Shown here: in pieces, positions 25,797-36,053 of the stretch
Numbering within the stretch: position 1 is the stretch's first letter
Layout: every line of letters begins with the position of its first letter
Assembly (NCBI GenBank): GCA_015068735.1
Contig: SVJW01000003.1
Location: 9,735-73,734 of the forward strand
Reading direction: 5' to 3'
DNA length: 64,000 nt
Source: Oscillospiraceae bacterium
Lineage (GTDB): Bacteria > Bacillota > Clostridia > UMGS1883
Notes under the pieces: generated by a model
What the model was told of the DNA's origin: nothing
Seen by the model: only the letters and a program-made list of their open reading frames with translations
The model's database searches: none
Translations under genes and position numbers: made by a program

Positions 25797-27149
25797 CTAT
25801 TTAAGTTTTGTTAAAATATTATCCAGACTTTTTGTGAGGACAAGACAAGTCATACCGTTATCAGCTTTTACAATACTGTAACGATCATTGTAAATGTAGT
25901 ATGCAAAGTCCTTCTTTGTTCCGTCATTAAAATGGAAAGTGAAAGTGCATTTTTCTGTTCCTGTTGCCGCATCATTTGTAAAATCTGCTGCTGTAACACC
26001 AATTATAAGCTGGTATAACTCTTTAAAATCTGCCTCGGTCACGGTTTCTCCGTCAACCTTATAACCACCCCCGTCTTTTACATTTAACAGGGTGTGCTCT
26101 TCTCCGTCTGCCGTAATTACTATTTTTCCCACCGTTTTGATGTTAAAAAGCTGTATAAATTTTTCAACATACTCCTCTACCTTAACATCCTTTACGATTT
26201 CGTAAAACGGACATTGTGCAAGATATACTACGGGAGTATCGTTACACATAAGATAAACATTACCGTTTTCGCCGTAGTTTCCCATTTTTACGGTCGTTTT
26301 CGTTCCCTTATTGTCTGTAATTTCAAGCTCGTAGGGTTTATCAAGACCATACAAAGAAAGATTCTTAGGGTTTTCCTCAACAATACTGTCTGCGATAAGG
26401 GGTGTGATAGACTCAAAAAGAGGCTTAAGCTTATCCAAAGATGCAATTACATTATCATAGGGATAGGTTATCAGATATGACGCTAACACATACTCATTTG
26501 TTGGTACAAAATTTTCATCGTACTTTACGCTTAATTCCTTTTGACCTTTCTTTTTAATTGTAAAAGACATTGTACTGTCAGCACTAAGTGTACAGATATC
26601 CGTACTACGCATTTCAGATGGGTCTTTTATAAGATTTTCCACGTCATAAGAAGATAATGTAAACACGCTGTCTACACCCTCAAGCATAGCGTAGTACTCA
26701 CCGTCAAAATTTGTGTTGTTTCCTATGAGAAGATTGTACTCAGTTCCGTCATTCATCAGGACAGCAACACTTTTTTTGGTGTTTTCCAATCCGTAATCGG
26801 AGAGATTTCCTGTATAATCTTTCATTCTGCGACTTATTGTAACAGAGCTTACGTTATAAAATACAGATGACAGCTTGTAAGAATCCATTATATGACTGGA
26901 GTAGCCTTCAATTGTAACAGTCTCACCGTTTTTTACTGTATAGGAAGTCTCCCCTGTACTGATTTTTACAGACGCAATATCTCCGGAATTAATATCCATA
27001 GCGTACTCTATGTTTGTATCCGGAACGACAGGCACATTGTCCTGTTCTTTTTTTATATCAGGATCCCATTTTTGAATGAAAAAATATCCACCCAACAGGA
27101 GAATCAGAACCAGAGACGATGCTATGATTATTTTAATATTTCGTTTCAT
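25797..27149 (-). CDS. DUF4340-domain protein (N-terminal membrane anchor)
   Basis: 450 aa with a single N-terminal TM segment and a beta-rich remainder. Its position directly after a GldG-like gene is the usual DUF4340 context. Confidence 0.6.
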   Translation of the reverse strand: MKRNIKIIIASSLVLILLLGGYFFIQKWDPDIKKEQDNVPVVPDTNIEYAMDINSGDIASVKISTGETSYTVKNGETVTIEGYSSHIMDSYKLSSVFYNVSSVTISRRMKDYTGNLSDYGLENTKKSVAVLMNDGTEYNLLIGNNTNFDGEYYAMLEGVDSVFTLSSYDVENLIKDPSEMRSTDICTLSADSTMSFTIKKKGQKELSVKYDENFVPTNEYVLASYLITYPYDNVIASLDKLKPLFESITPLIADSIVEENPKNLSLYGLDKPYELEITDNKGTKTTVKMGNYGENGNVYLMCNDTPVVYLAQCPFYEIVKDVKVEEYVEKFIQLFNIKTVGKIVITADGEEHTLLNVKDGGGYKVDGETVTEADFKELYQLIIGVTAADFTNDAATGTEKCTFTFHFNDGTKKDFAYYIYNDRYSIVKADNGMTCLVLTKSLDNILTKLK

Positions 27150-27160
27150 TGATTCACACC

Positions 27161-28576
27161 TTATTTAAACCTTCTTCTGATCCAGATAACAAGACCTATA
27201 GCAATAATAACTAAAGGAAGCACATATTGAAGTATAATTACTGCTGTATCGACCTGTTCTTGTGTCATAACCATGATTTCGGGGCTGACTTGCTTTGCTC
27301 TTATAGATATTGCAGCTTCGCTTCCGCTGAGATAATTTATACTATTCAATATAAAGTCGCCGTTTAAGTAAGAGCCTTCCGTAACTAACGATGTCAGAAC
27401 AGCATAGGGTGATCCTATTACCATTAACGCAGAAGGTTTCTCGCCGTATTTTTCCGAAATAGCCGCCAGGCAAAGCGGGCCTTCTGTATCACCGTCTTCT
27501 TTTTCTACGACTGTGGAGTTGAGATTTGTCTTTCCGTATGCCTTTTCAGACGTCATCAAAAGCGTCTTTACACTTGCTCCGTTCTTTGGTATCGATATAG
27601 AAAAACTCGTTGCGCTGGGCATTGGAAGCGGAATTTTAGAATCCACAAGCTTCTGTGTAATAACATGTTCCTGTAGTTTTGCCACAGGTACAGGCATACC
27701 TGTTCCCGCAGAAAGGGCACTGCTTCCGTCTGTTTCTATTACAAAATCGCGGTTAAGTTTAATTCCCCATTCGTCAAGGTAAGAATCTAATTTTTCCATA
27801 AGAGGCATCTGAAGATCTGCCACAAGAATAAATTTTCCTCCCCTGTCCATAAACTTATCCAGCGCGTCTCTTTCCTCTGCAGTATAGTCTAAAACAGGCA
27901 AAACAGAAAAAATTATGTCTGCATCTTCAGGTATGCCGTTTACCGAAACACTTACAGTGTCACACAAATACCCTTCATTTGACAAAAGATATTGAAGATA
28001 CTGCGCATCAGCCTCATTATGCCCTTCTGTAAAGTAAATCTTCGATGTTGCCATTTTTCCCGTAACGCTCATAATGGCATTTGTAACTTTACGTTCCATA
28101 TCAATTCGGATAGTGTTTGTCACATTATCCTCAGTATACAACTGGTCAAAGGTAATAACCTTGAACTTGTCACCGTTTTCAATAATTACAGAGCCTATAT
28201 TTGCCTGGTTTTCCCCATCGTTATAATTTTGCATAAACATAGGGTTTTCATATGGGTCTATATATTTAACCTTAAACTTATCACTGAGAGTTTTGTACTT
28301 TTCCAGATACGCTTTAACATAATCCACATATTCACTCTCAGTTCCCTCCGGAATAAGACAATAGGCGTTTATCTCCGAATCAAGCTCTTTCATCAAACTC
28401 TTTGTCTGTTCTGAAAACTCATAAATCTTGTCCCTTGTAAGGTCAATTGAAAGAGAAACTTTGTCTCCTATAAGCGCAACTATAGAATTCAAAAGAATTA
28501 CACACGCAATTACAACTACGGTTATTACAGCTGAGGTGAGTCCCATTTTCAATTTTATTCTCTTCATTTTCTTCAC
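27161..28576 (-). CDS. GldG-like ABC-transporter auxiliary protein (ABC_transp_aux)
   Basis: 471 aa with N- and C-terminal TM anchors. It is adjacent to ABC-2 permease and ATPase genes. Confidence 0.7.
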   Translation of the reverse strand: MKKMKRIKLKMGLTSAVITVVVIACVILLNSIVALIGDKVSLSIDLTRDKIYEFSEQTKSLMKELDSEINAYCLIPEGTESEYVDYVKAYLEKYKTLSDKFKVKYIDPYENPMFMQNYNDGENQANIGSVIIENGDKFKVITFDQLYTEDNVTNTIRIDMERKVTNAIMSVTGKMATSKIYFTEGHNEADAQYLQYLLSNEGYLCDTVSVSVNGIPEDADIIFSVLPVLDYTAEERDALDKFMDRGGKFILVADLQMPLMEKLDSYLDEWGIKLNRDFVIETDGSSALSAGTGMPVPVAKLQEHVITQKLVDSKIPLPMPSATSFSISIPKNGASVKTLLMTSEKAYGKTNLNSTVVEKEDGDTEGPLCLAAISEKYGEKPSALMVIGSPYAVLTSLVTEGSYLNGDFILNSINYLSGSEAAISIRAKQVSPEIMVMTQEQVDTAVIILQYVLPLVIIAIGLVIWIRRRFK

Positions 28577-28582
28577 CCCTTC

Positions 28583-29287
28583 TCAGCTATAGCGTCTTCT
28601 ATCTATTACCCTTACTGTGAGAAAAAGAAATACAAATATAAAACTCAGATAATAAATTACATTCTCTATATTAAGTATTCCTGCCTGAAATTCTCCGTAA
28701 CGGCCTAAAAGAGATAGCCAGCCTATAATTTCACGAATAAGAGTATTTTCTATACTCACTTCAAACCATGAAATAAAATAGATGAGCAGAAGTGACGCAA
28801 ACGTAAACACACCTGAAATAACCTGGCTTTCGGTAAGTGAAGAAATAAATATACCTACAGAAATAAATGCACCCCACAAAAGGATAAAGCCTATATAAGA
28901 ACCTATAACCTCACTGAGGGCCGGTTCTCCATATTTAAACATAATCCACGGATAAACAAGTGAAATCAGCATTGTAACACCGAAAACTGCCATTGCAGCA
29001 AGATACTTGCCCACTACAATTCCGGTTATACTTACCGGAGAAGAAAGCAGAAGCTGATCCGTCTTTTTATTCTTCTCCTCTGAAAGCAGTCTCATAGTAA
29101 GAAGTGCTGCAAGAAAAAGATAAATAATATTTATATCAGAAAACATAAGGCTGATGTCTGCTTTTCTGCTCGCAAGTATACCGCCTGAAAAAAACATGGA
29201 TGCAAAAAAGGTAAACACAGCTACAAATATGTATCCTATGGGGGAAATAAAATAATTTTTTAATTCTTTTTTAAATACTGCTATCAT
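28583..29287 (-). CDS. ABC-2 type permease (GldF-like)
   Basis: 234 aa with about 6 TM helices. It overlaps the ATPase gene by 17 nt. Confidence 0.75.
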   Translation of the reverse strand: MIAVFKKELKNYFISPIGYIFVAVFTFFASMFFSGGILASRKADISLMFSDINIIYLFLAALLTMRLLSEEKNKKTDQLLLSSPVSITGIVVGKYLAAMAVFGVTMLISLVYPWIMFKYGEPALSEVIGSYIGFILLWGAFISVGIFISSLTESQVISGVFTFASLLLIYFISWFEVSIENTLIREIIGWLSLLGRYGEFQAGILNIENVIYYLSFIFVFLFLTVRVIDRRRYS

Positions 29288-30266
29288 CTGATTCTACCTC
29301 CCCGCCATTCAAAGGTAATGCATCGGTATTAGTAAGCTTTATAAACACTTCTTCAAGAGTAGGATTTACACTTCTTAAAGATGCAATAGCCAAATTGTTT
29401 TTTGCCATTTCACTCGTCAATGAAGCAAGTATATCCGCATCCGACAACTGTTCAACCACGAATTCAGTTACATTGTCCTCCTTTTTTGAAATATCACACC
29501 GTCTGACATTGGGCATGGAACTAAGTACGTTGTAAGCTGTTTGGCTATCCCCTATTATTCCGATAATGAATTCGTCTTTACCGCCTGCACTTTTACATAT
29601 TTCATCAAGAGTTCCATTTGCAACAATTTTACCGTTTGCAATAATGGTTGCACTGTCACACACTGCTTCAATCTCCTGCAAAATATGGGTGCTGAGGATA
29701 ACCGTTCTGTTTTTGCCCAGCGTTTTAATTACATTTCTGATTTCAATAATCTGCCTTGGGTCAAGTCCTACCGTAGGTTCATCAAGAATCAGAACCTCAG
29801 GATCTCCGACAAGTGCCTGGGCAAGACCAACTCTCTGTTTATAACCCTTTGAGAGATTTTTTATAAGTCTGTTCTTTTTGTCATAAATTTGCACGCGTTC
29901 CATTACACTTTGGAGATGTTCTTCCCTGTCAAAAGGAACTTTTTTAAGATCATATACAAAGTTCAGATACTCATTTACCGTCATATCGAGATACAGTGGC
30001 GGAATTTCCGGCAAATAACCGATTCTCTTTTTTACTTCTTTTGGATTTTCCAATATGTCAAAACCGCCTACAGTCACATTACCGCTACTTGGACTGACAC
30101 ATCCGCATATGATGTTCATAGTCGTACTTTTTCCGGCACCGTTCGGCCCCAAAAAGCCCATAATCTCTCCATTTTCAACACCAAAAGATATATTGTCAAG
30201 AGCTTTGTTATTGCCATAAAATTTAGTCAAATTTTTAATTTCAACAACATTGTTTTTTTCCGACAT
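29271..30266 (-). CDS. ABC transporter ATP-binding protein (GldA-like)
   Basis: Walker A GPNGAGKST, signature LSKGYKQR, Walker B LILDEPTVGLD. Confidence 0.92.
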   Translation of the reverse strand: MSEKNNVVEIKNLTKFYGNNKALDNISFGVENGEIMGFLGPNGAGKSTTMNIICGCVSPSSGNVTVGGFDILENPKEVKKRIGYLPEIPPLYLDMTVNEYLNFVYDLKKVPFDREEHLQSVMERVQIYDKKNRLIKNLSKGYKQRVGLAQALVGDPEVLILDEPTVGLDPRQIIEIRNVIKTLGKNRTVILSTHILQEIEAVCDSATIIANGKIVANGTLDEICKSAGGKDEFIIGIIGDSQTAYNVLSSMPNVRRCDISKKEDNVTEFVVEQLSDADILASLTSEMAKNNLAIASLRSVNPTLEEVFIKLTNTDALPLNGGEVESDDSSI

Positions 30267-30403
30267 ATGCAAATCAACTTCTTCCTTCCAAAGTAACGCT
30301 TGTATATTTCTCCGATACTGTACAAATCTTCAATTCAACATAGTTATTATATTTTATTCAACAATAAATTTCAATAACTATTTCTGGTTAAGAGTGGCTC
30401 ACA

Positions 30404-31177
30404 TTAATAAATCTTCATTTCCCGTAACCACCTGAACAAAAGCTCTGTCCATTGTCCTGAATGTTTGTTGGAAGCTATTCCCACGCCGTGTCCTCCGTTG
30501 GGGAATAAGTGTAATTCTACGGGCACGTTGAATTTTATAAGGTTTTTTGCATAGTTTATGCTGTTATATACATGAACTACTTCATCGTCTGCATTATGCC
30601 AGATAAAAGCAGGAGGCGTATTTTCGTTGCACGCTATTTGCGGGCTTAATTGTGTCATCAATTCTTCGCTGTAATTCTCTCCTAACAAATTCATCATAGA
30701 TCCTTTATGAGTGATACCCTCGTTTATTAAATCTATTACAGGGTAACAGAGGACTTGATAATCAGGAAAAAAGTTGATTTTACTAATCTCATCAATTTCA
30801 GAACATTCGGTAGCTTCTTTATACGTCGAAAGTGTCGCAGCAAGATGGCCACCGGCAGATGAGCCTACTGCTATTATTTTTTCAGGATTTACTTCATATT
30901 CTTTTGCATTGGCTCTTACAAACTGCACAGCTCTTCTGGCATCGTTTATCTGCGCAGGGAAAGTCGTTGGTGACAAACTGTAATTTACCACAAAAGCATC
31001 AGCGCCCCACACATTGAACAGTTTCGCATAGCCTTCCCCCTCGTGTTTTGCAAGATGGTCGTAACCACCACCCGCAAACACAATGAATACCGCATCGGTA
31101 TATTTCTTTTCTGCTTTATAGTATTCAATTGTCGGCATAATTTCATAACCAACAGGAAGATTTTTCCATAAATCCAT
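30404..31177 (-). CDS. Alpha/beta-hydrolase esterase (carbohydrate/acetyl esterase-like)
   Basis: Nucleophile elbow GSSAGGHLA, a FAGGGY oxyanion region, and a C-terminal GGHG. Confidence 0.75.
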   Translation of the reverse strand: MDLWKNLPVGYEIMPTIEYYKAEKKYTDAVFIVFAGGGYDHLAKHEGEGYAKLFNVWGADAFVVNYSLSPTTFPAQINDARRAVQFVRANAKEYEVNPEKIIAVGSSAGGHLAATLSTYKEATECSEIDEISKINFFPDYQVLCYPVIDLINEGITHKGSMMNLLGENYSEELMTQLSPQIACNENTPPAFIWHNADDEVVHVYNSINYAKNLIKFNVPVELHLFPNGGHGVGIASNKHSGQWTELLFRWLREMKIY

Positions 31178-31207
31178 TTGTTTTCTCCTCGCTATATTTT
31201 TACAATG

Positions 31208-32479
31208 TTATTTAATATGTTTTGCAATAGTTTCCTTGAAACTGTCAATACATCTATTGATGTGTTCTTCTTCCCAAGAGGGATGGAGGAACAAGCATAC
31301 TGTTTCAGCACGAAGGGAATTAGCCTTTTTGCAGTAAACCTTGTCATACTGAACGGAATCTTTGTTAGTATATTCTTCTGATTCAAAGGGGAACTTAGCA
31401 GAGCCGAAACCGTTATGCTTCTTATAAGCCTCTTCCTCGTATGCTTCCGGCCACTGAATACCATAGCAAGGTGTGCCTGCTGCTGCAAGCTCTTTAAGAA
31501 TTACAGGAGCATCACAGTCAAGAACATCAAGGTCAACAAGCATGGGGTACCACCAGTAGGAGTTCTTTCTTTCCTCTGTGTTTACGGGAAGCGCCTTGAT
31601 ACCTTTCATACCTGCGAAAGCTTCATCATACATCTTTGCATACTTAAATCTTCTTGCAAGGTTCCAGTTATCAAATCTCTTAAGCTCGTTAATACCGATA
31701 AGAGACTGCATTTCTGTCATTCTGTAGTTGAAACCTACTCTTCTGTGAATGTAGGGGAGCTTTTCTTCAAGTGCAAGCATATTCATTCTTGCTTTTACAT
31801 CATAACCGTGGTCACGGAAGGAACGGCATTCCCAACCGGTTTCCTCATCGTTGGTAACAACCATACCGCCTTCGCCACCTGTTGTAAAGTGCTTGGACTG
31901 ACAGAATGAGAAGCAACCAACATCACCGATAAGACCTGCCTTGATGCCCTTGTATTCGCCACCAATACACTGTGCACAGTCTTCAATAACCTTAAGATTG
32001 TGTTTCTTTGCGATTTCAAGGACGGGACCCATATCAGCAACAACACCGTAAAGGTGAACAACGATAATAGCCTTTGTCCTCTCTGTGATAAGTGCTTCGA
32101 TGCAATCGGGGTCAATTGTGTGGTCGTCTGTTACATCTGCAAATACGGGAATAGCACCTGCCTGAACAACGGAGAAGGAAGATGCAATGAATGAGTAAGA
32201 GGGAACGATAACTTCATCTCCCGGTCCGATGTTTAAGCTTGCAAGAGCAATGTGAAGTGCGGCTGTACCATTAGTACAGGAAATTGCCATTTTTGCACCC
32301 ATCCACTGGGCAAACATTTCTTCAAACTGCATACCTCTTTTACCTGTCCAGTAGCTTACCTTACCCTCTTTAAGGGGATTTGCTATTTCTTCAAATGTTT
32401 CCGGTGCGAACTGAGGCCAACCGGGGAAACCGATTTCCTCAATACCTGTACCGTTCATTACGATTTCTTTTTCTGCCAT
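31208..32479 (-). CDS. DegT/DnrJ/EryC1/StrS-family PLP-dependent aminotransferase
   Basis: CTNGTAALHIAL, GDEVIVPSYSFIASS and FSFCQSKHFTTGGEGG (PLP-Lys context) are family hallmarks. Confidence 0.85.
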   Translation of the reverse strand: MAEKEIVMNGTGIEEIGFPGWPQFAPETFEEIANPLKEGKVSYWTGKRGMQFEEMFAQWMGAKMAISCTNGTAALHIALASLNIGPGDEVIVPSYSFIASSFSVVQAGAIPVFADVTDDHTIDPDCIEALITERTKAIIVVHLYGVVADMGPVLEIAKKHNLKVIEDCAQCIGGEYKGIKAGLIGDVGCFSFCQSKHFTTGGEGGMVVTNDEETGWECRSFRDHGYDVKARMNMLALEEKLPYIHRRVGFNYRMTEMQSLIGINELKRFDNWNLARRFKYAKMYDEAFAGMKGIKALPVNTEERKNSYWWYPMLVDLDVLDCDAPVILKELAAAGTPCYGIQWPEAYEEEAYKKHNGFGSAKFPFESEEYTNKDSVQYDKVYCKKANSLRAETVCLFLHPSWEEEHINRCIDSFKETIAKHIK

Positions 32480-32507
32480 TTTAAAAACTCCTTTTCTTGA
32501 TATTAGT

Positions 32508-32852
32508 TTAATCTAAAACAATAAGAGCAATAAATTCCAAATCTTCATTGCCAATATTTTTTATACCATGCCCACTTCCGGAGGGGGTAAATGTTACAGT
32601 TCCTTTTGTTACTTCAACCATCTCTCCATTATCGTTGTATAAACCTTTTCCTGACAAAACATAATAACTCTCACTCTCTCCTTGATGAATATGAAATTCA
32701 ACTTCTTCACCTGACTTTAACACAGCGTGTGCAAATGTACGAAGTTTAGAATTTCTGTTTTCAAAATCAGCAAGATCTGACAGGTAAAGTTTAATATCTC
32801 CTCTGTTATTGTTTTCAGTGCAAATACTAATTTGCTCTTTACTTTTTATCAT
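32508..32852 (-). CDS. Small cupin-domain protein
   Basis: 114 aa with the cupin metal motifs HIHQGESESYYVLSG and PSGSGHGIKN. Confidence 0.75.
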   Translation of the reverse strand: MIKSKEQISICTENNNRGDIKLYLSDLADFENRNSKLRTFAHAVLKSGEEVEFHIHQGESESYYVLSGKGLYNDNGEMVEVTKGTVTFTPSGSGHGIKNIGNEDLEFIALIVLD

Positions 32853-32859
32853 AGTTACT

Positions 32860-34887
32860 TCACCTCATTATTTCTATTGTATAAATATGGGGAGTATTTG
32901 GTGAAATTCTATCAAATCTTATTCTTACATAATTTTCATTCTCATTCGAAACATAGTTGATTATAAATTCTGCATTTTTCGAAGGTTCTCCGTAAAATTT
33001 GAACTCATTGTTACCTACAGTAATTTTCACATCTGTGCTTGTTCCTGTACTTCCTGCAGAAATTCTTATTGTATTTTTATAATTTGGTACTATCTTTACC
33101 AGATAGCTGAACCAACCGTGTGCATTTACGGTGCTCCAGTTAGTTCCGCGTCCGCTTCCGGGGATACGGCAAATACAACCGTCAATTAAGAATGTATCAC
33201 TGAAATTAACTTCTTTTTGAATCTTATGACCTTCGGTTGCTCCTCCGCATATTACATAATCGGTAAGTTTTTTTGAATCAAGTTCTTTTACCTGTTTTTC
33301 TTCTGCTTCAAATGTCTGCATAAGCTCCTCGGTAAAATTCTTCACAAGTTCTGCTGAATTGTCTGTATCATCAAAAAGGTTAAGCTGTGTACAATAAAAT
33401 CTGTTCCCCAGAATCTGCTTTCCCTCATTGTTTAATACGCGAAGCTTTTCCACTGTTTCTACAAGTTCATTTTTATACTTAATATCACTTGTTTCAAAAT
33501 ATTTTGTGTAATATATAAAGCTCTTTGCAAGCTCACACCATATTGCCGCAACGTATTTAAGGTTCGCAAATTTTTCCCACAGGTTCTGATAATCGTTTTC
33601 TTCTATCTTTCCCTTTAATGCTTCAAACTGTTCAAAAAGCTCGGCTGATTCCTTCGCCGCACTTTCTTTCTCGAAAATTACACTTTCAATACTTCCTCTT
33701 TCCCAGTTTTTCGGGACAAACCACTCATCCGATGCTATATCATAATTATTCCTCATCATTTCAAAATAAAAATGGTTTTTGCTGTGATTAAGAGACGGAA
33801 AAGCACTGAGTTCGCTGAAATAATAACCTTTAAGATATATTATCTTACGAAGTATATGCTCGGTTTTTTCCATTAGATTCATAACTTCTTTTGCAGCTTT
33901 GGGATATTTTTCTTTGAAAAAGCTTTCTATTGCATCGTCAACATTTTCACCACTCATACAAGCATTCATAATGTTGATATTAACCTCATTTACTTCCCCA
34001 AAGGGATCACAACCTCCACGGTCAATTCTGGACACATAACCTGCAGGATTAAATTTTTCGCAATATTCAAATTTTTCCTTTATATGCTCTTTAAGCATGA
34101 GAGGAAGTCTGCCCTTGCCAAAAAACTCACCGAAAATGTCAGTTTCAACAAAAAGCGGATTATTCTTCACCTTATGGAAAAACGTGTTATTGGGAGCAGT
34201 CAGGCTCCAGTCAAACTGGGTCCATTTATCCATAACAAGAAGGTCGGTGGAAATTTCCTCAAAAGCCTGAAGCATCATTTCATAATCTTCTTCTATACTT
34301 GCAAAAGTACGAACAATAAGCTCTTTTCCCAACGCCTTACAGGTATCATAAAGAATCTCCGTTATATATTTTACGCGGTCTTTTTTCTGAAGCTTCTGGT
34401 TTTTAAGTTTCAGAAGCGGAATCCTTGTTTCATGCAAAGTCAGAATAATTCCGTCGATAAGCGGATATTCGCTGAAAAAGTCCTGCAGCTTATTTTCAAG
34501 GAAATCACGGATAATCGGATGAGTTACCTCAACATCTCCATAAGAATTACAGATTTCAGGATAAACTTCTATGAAATTAGGAGGTACTTCAAGCTCGTGA
34601 TGCCATACATATGTCTTTATACCTGCATCATGTGCTTTTTTACAGGCTTCGTTCACATATCTTATAGTATTATAAACAAACTCCATATCCTTTGATATAT
34701 TAAAGCAGCTATATTTACGGTAAATTGTCATCCCGTCGATATTGCCCTTTTCAGGATTATGTATCGGTCCGATAAACTGCATATGTTCTATGCCGTGCTT
34801 TATAGCGTAATCAACTGTATACATCAGATAATCTCTTTCAATATCTACAGGATTACATACCGATATTCCCTTTATCATTTTTCTCAT
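32860..34887 (-). CDS. Uncharacterised cytoplasmic protein, probably a TIM-barrel glycoside-hydrolase-like enzyme with a C-terminal beta-sandwich
   Basis: 675 aa with no signal peptide. It shows a barrel-like alternating pattern (VWHHELEV, ILTLHETR). It sits in a glycan locus next to GH88. I could not assign a family by eye. Confidence 0.45.
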   Translation of the reverse strand: MRKMIKGISVCNPVDIERDYLMYTVDYAIKHGIEHMQFIGPIHNPEKGNIDGMTIYRKYSCFNISKDMEFVYNTIRYVNEACKKAHDAGIKTYVWHHELEVPPNFIEVYPEICNSYGDVEVTHPIIRDFLENKLQDFFSEYPLIDGIILTLHETRIPLLKLKNQKLQKKDRVKYITEILYDTCKALGKELIVRTFASIEEDYEMMLQAFEEISTDLLVMDKWTQFDWSLTAPNNTFFHKVKNNPLFVETDIFGEFFGKGRLPLMLKEHIKEKFEYCEKFNPAGYVSRIDRGGCDPFGEVNEVNINIMNACMSGENVDDAIESFFKEKYPKAAKEVMNLMEKTEHILRKIIYLKGYYFSELSAFPSLNHSKNHFYFEMMRNNYDIASDEWFVPKNWERGSIESVIFEKESAAKESAELFEQFEALKGKIEENDYQNLWEKFANLKYVAAIWCELAKSFIYYTKYFETSDIKYKNELVETVEKLRVLNNEGKQILGNRFYCTQLNLFDDTDNSAELVKNFTEELMQTFEAEEKQVKELDSKKLTDYVICGGATEGHKIQKEVNFSDTFLIDGCICRIPGSGRGTNWSTVNAHGWFSYLVKIVPNYKNTIRISAGSTGTSTDVKITVGNNEFKFYGEPSKNAEFIINYVSNENENYVRIRFDRISPNTPHIYTIEIMR

Positions 34888-34913
34888 TTAAATCTACCTC
34901 TCAATTCCTGTGT

Positions 34914-36035
34914 TTACCAAAACAGCGGTTCAAAACCTTTTAATTTGTATACTGCCTCTGCAAAGTAATAATCCCCATAAATTATATGGTGCCCTTTTTG
35001 TCTTTCTTCAGGGAAATAAGATTCAACTCCATGTTGCAGTACCGACTGTTCCTCTTCACTCCAATCACAGAAGTTTTCTTCAAGAACTTTGATAAGTTTC
35101 AGTGCCGTATTCAGGTACTTATAGTTTTCTGTCGCCTTTGCAAGCTCAATAAAGCCACAAGCGAGTATTGCACCTGCTGTGGAATCGCAGGGCTTTTCCG
35201 GCGCTTTAAAATCCACAACGGGAAGCATCCCGTTTTTTTCAAGCTCTGCCGCTACATAGGTTGCTATTTTTTCCGCTGTTTCGAGGTAACGGATTTCTTT
35301 TGTATGGATATAGCTTAAAGTAAATCCGTACAATGCCCAGCCATGACCCCTTGACCATGAACCGTTCACGTCATATCCGCCGCCCGGCCTGTATTCTATA
35401 AATTCTCCTGTGTCGGGATCTGAACAGACTATGTGATATAAAGAGCCGTCTTCTCTAAGATGCTTCTTTATAACCCAGTCTGCGTGTTTTTCGGCTATTT
35501 TTCTATACCTTGGGTCGCCGTATTCCTCAGATGCCCAATACAAGAGAGGAAGATTCATCATTGAATCAACTATTGTCCATCCGCACATATCTTTCCCGTT
35601 CCACGCGCATATAAAGCCACATTCAGGATTATAACGCGCAGCAAGAAGCTGTGCCGCAAGATAATTTCTGCTTTCAGCACATTTGTCTTTAGTAAGTCTA
35701 TAATTAACACCGCTTGAGATGTGCCACATAAAGCCTACATCATGGTGAAGCATCTGGGGCGTCTTAAAGGCTTCATCAAGAAGCTCTTCTGCGTGCCGTG
35801 CCGTTTTCTTATAGCAGTCCTTTCCTGTTCCCACGTACATAAGCCACATAAGACCCGGCCAGAATCCGTTTGTCCATCGGATTATTCCGTCTTTTTTCAC
35901 ATCATCGTACACACCGTCCACTGTTGTGTAGGGTATTTTGTCATAGGCGCTGATGCTTGCGCGGGAAAGCTTTTGGTCAAGCTTTCCCCACAAACTATCT
36001 ATCCAACTTTTTTCTTCATCGGTCAGCATATTCAT
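34914..36035 (-). CDS. GH88 unsaturated glucuronyl hydrolase
   Basis: RWTNGFWPGLMWLMY, HDVGFMW, SWSRGHGWALYGF and HIIYGDYYFAEA are typical GH88 blocks. There is no signal peptide. Confidence 0.85.
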   Translation of the reverse strand: MNMLTDEEKSWIDSLWGKLDQKLSRASISAYDKIPYTTVDGVYDDVKKDGIIRWTNGFWPGLMWLMYVGTGKDCYKKTARHAEELLDEAFKTPQMLHHDVGFMWHISSGVNYRLTKDKCAESRNYLAAQLLAARYNPECGFICAWNGKDMCGWTIVDSMMNLPLLYWASEEYGDPRYRKIAEKHADWVIKKHLREDGSLYHIVCSDPDTGEFIEYRPGGGYDVNGSWSRGHGWALYGFTLSYIHTKEIRYLETAEKIATYVAAELEKNGMLPVVDFKAPEKPCDSTAGAILACGFIELAKATENYKYLNTALKLIKVLEENFCDWSEEEQSVLQHGVESYFPEERQKGHHIIYGDYYFAEAVYKLKGFEPLFW

Positions 36036-36053
36036 TTTATCAATTCCTTTCAC

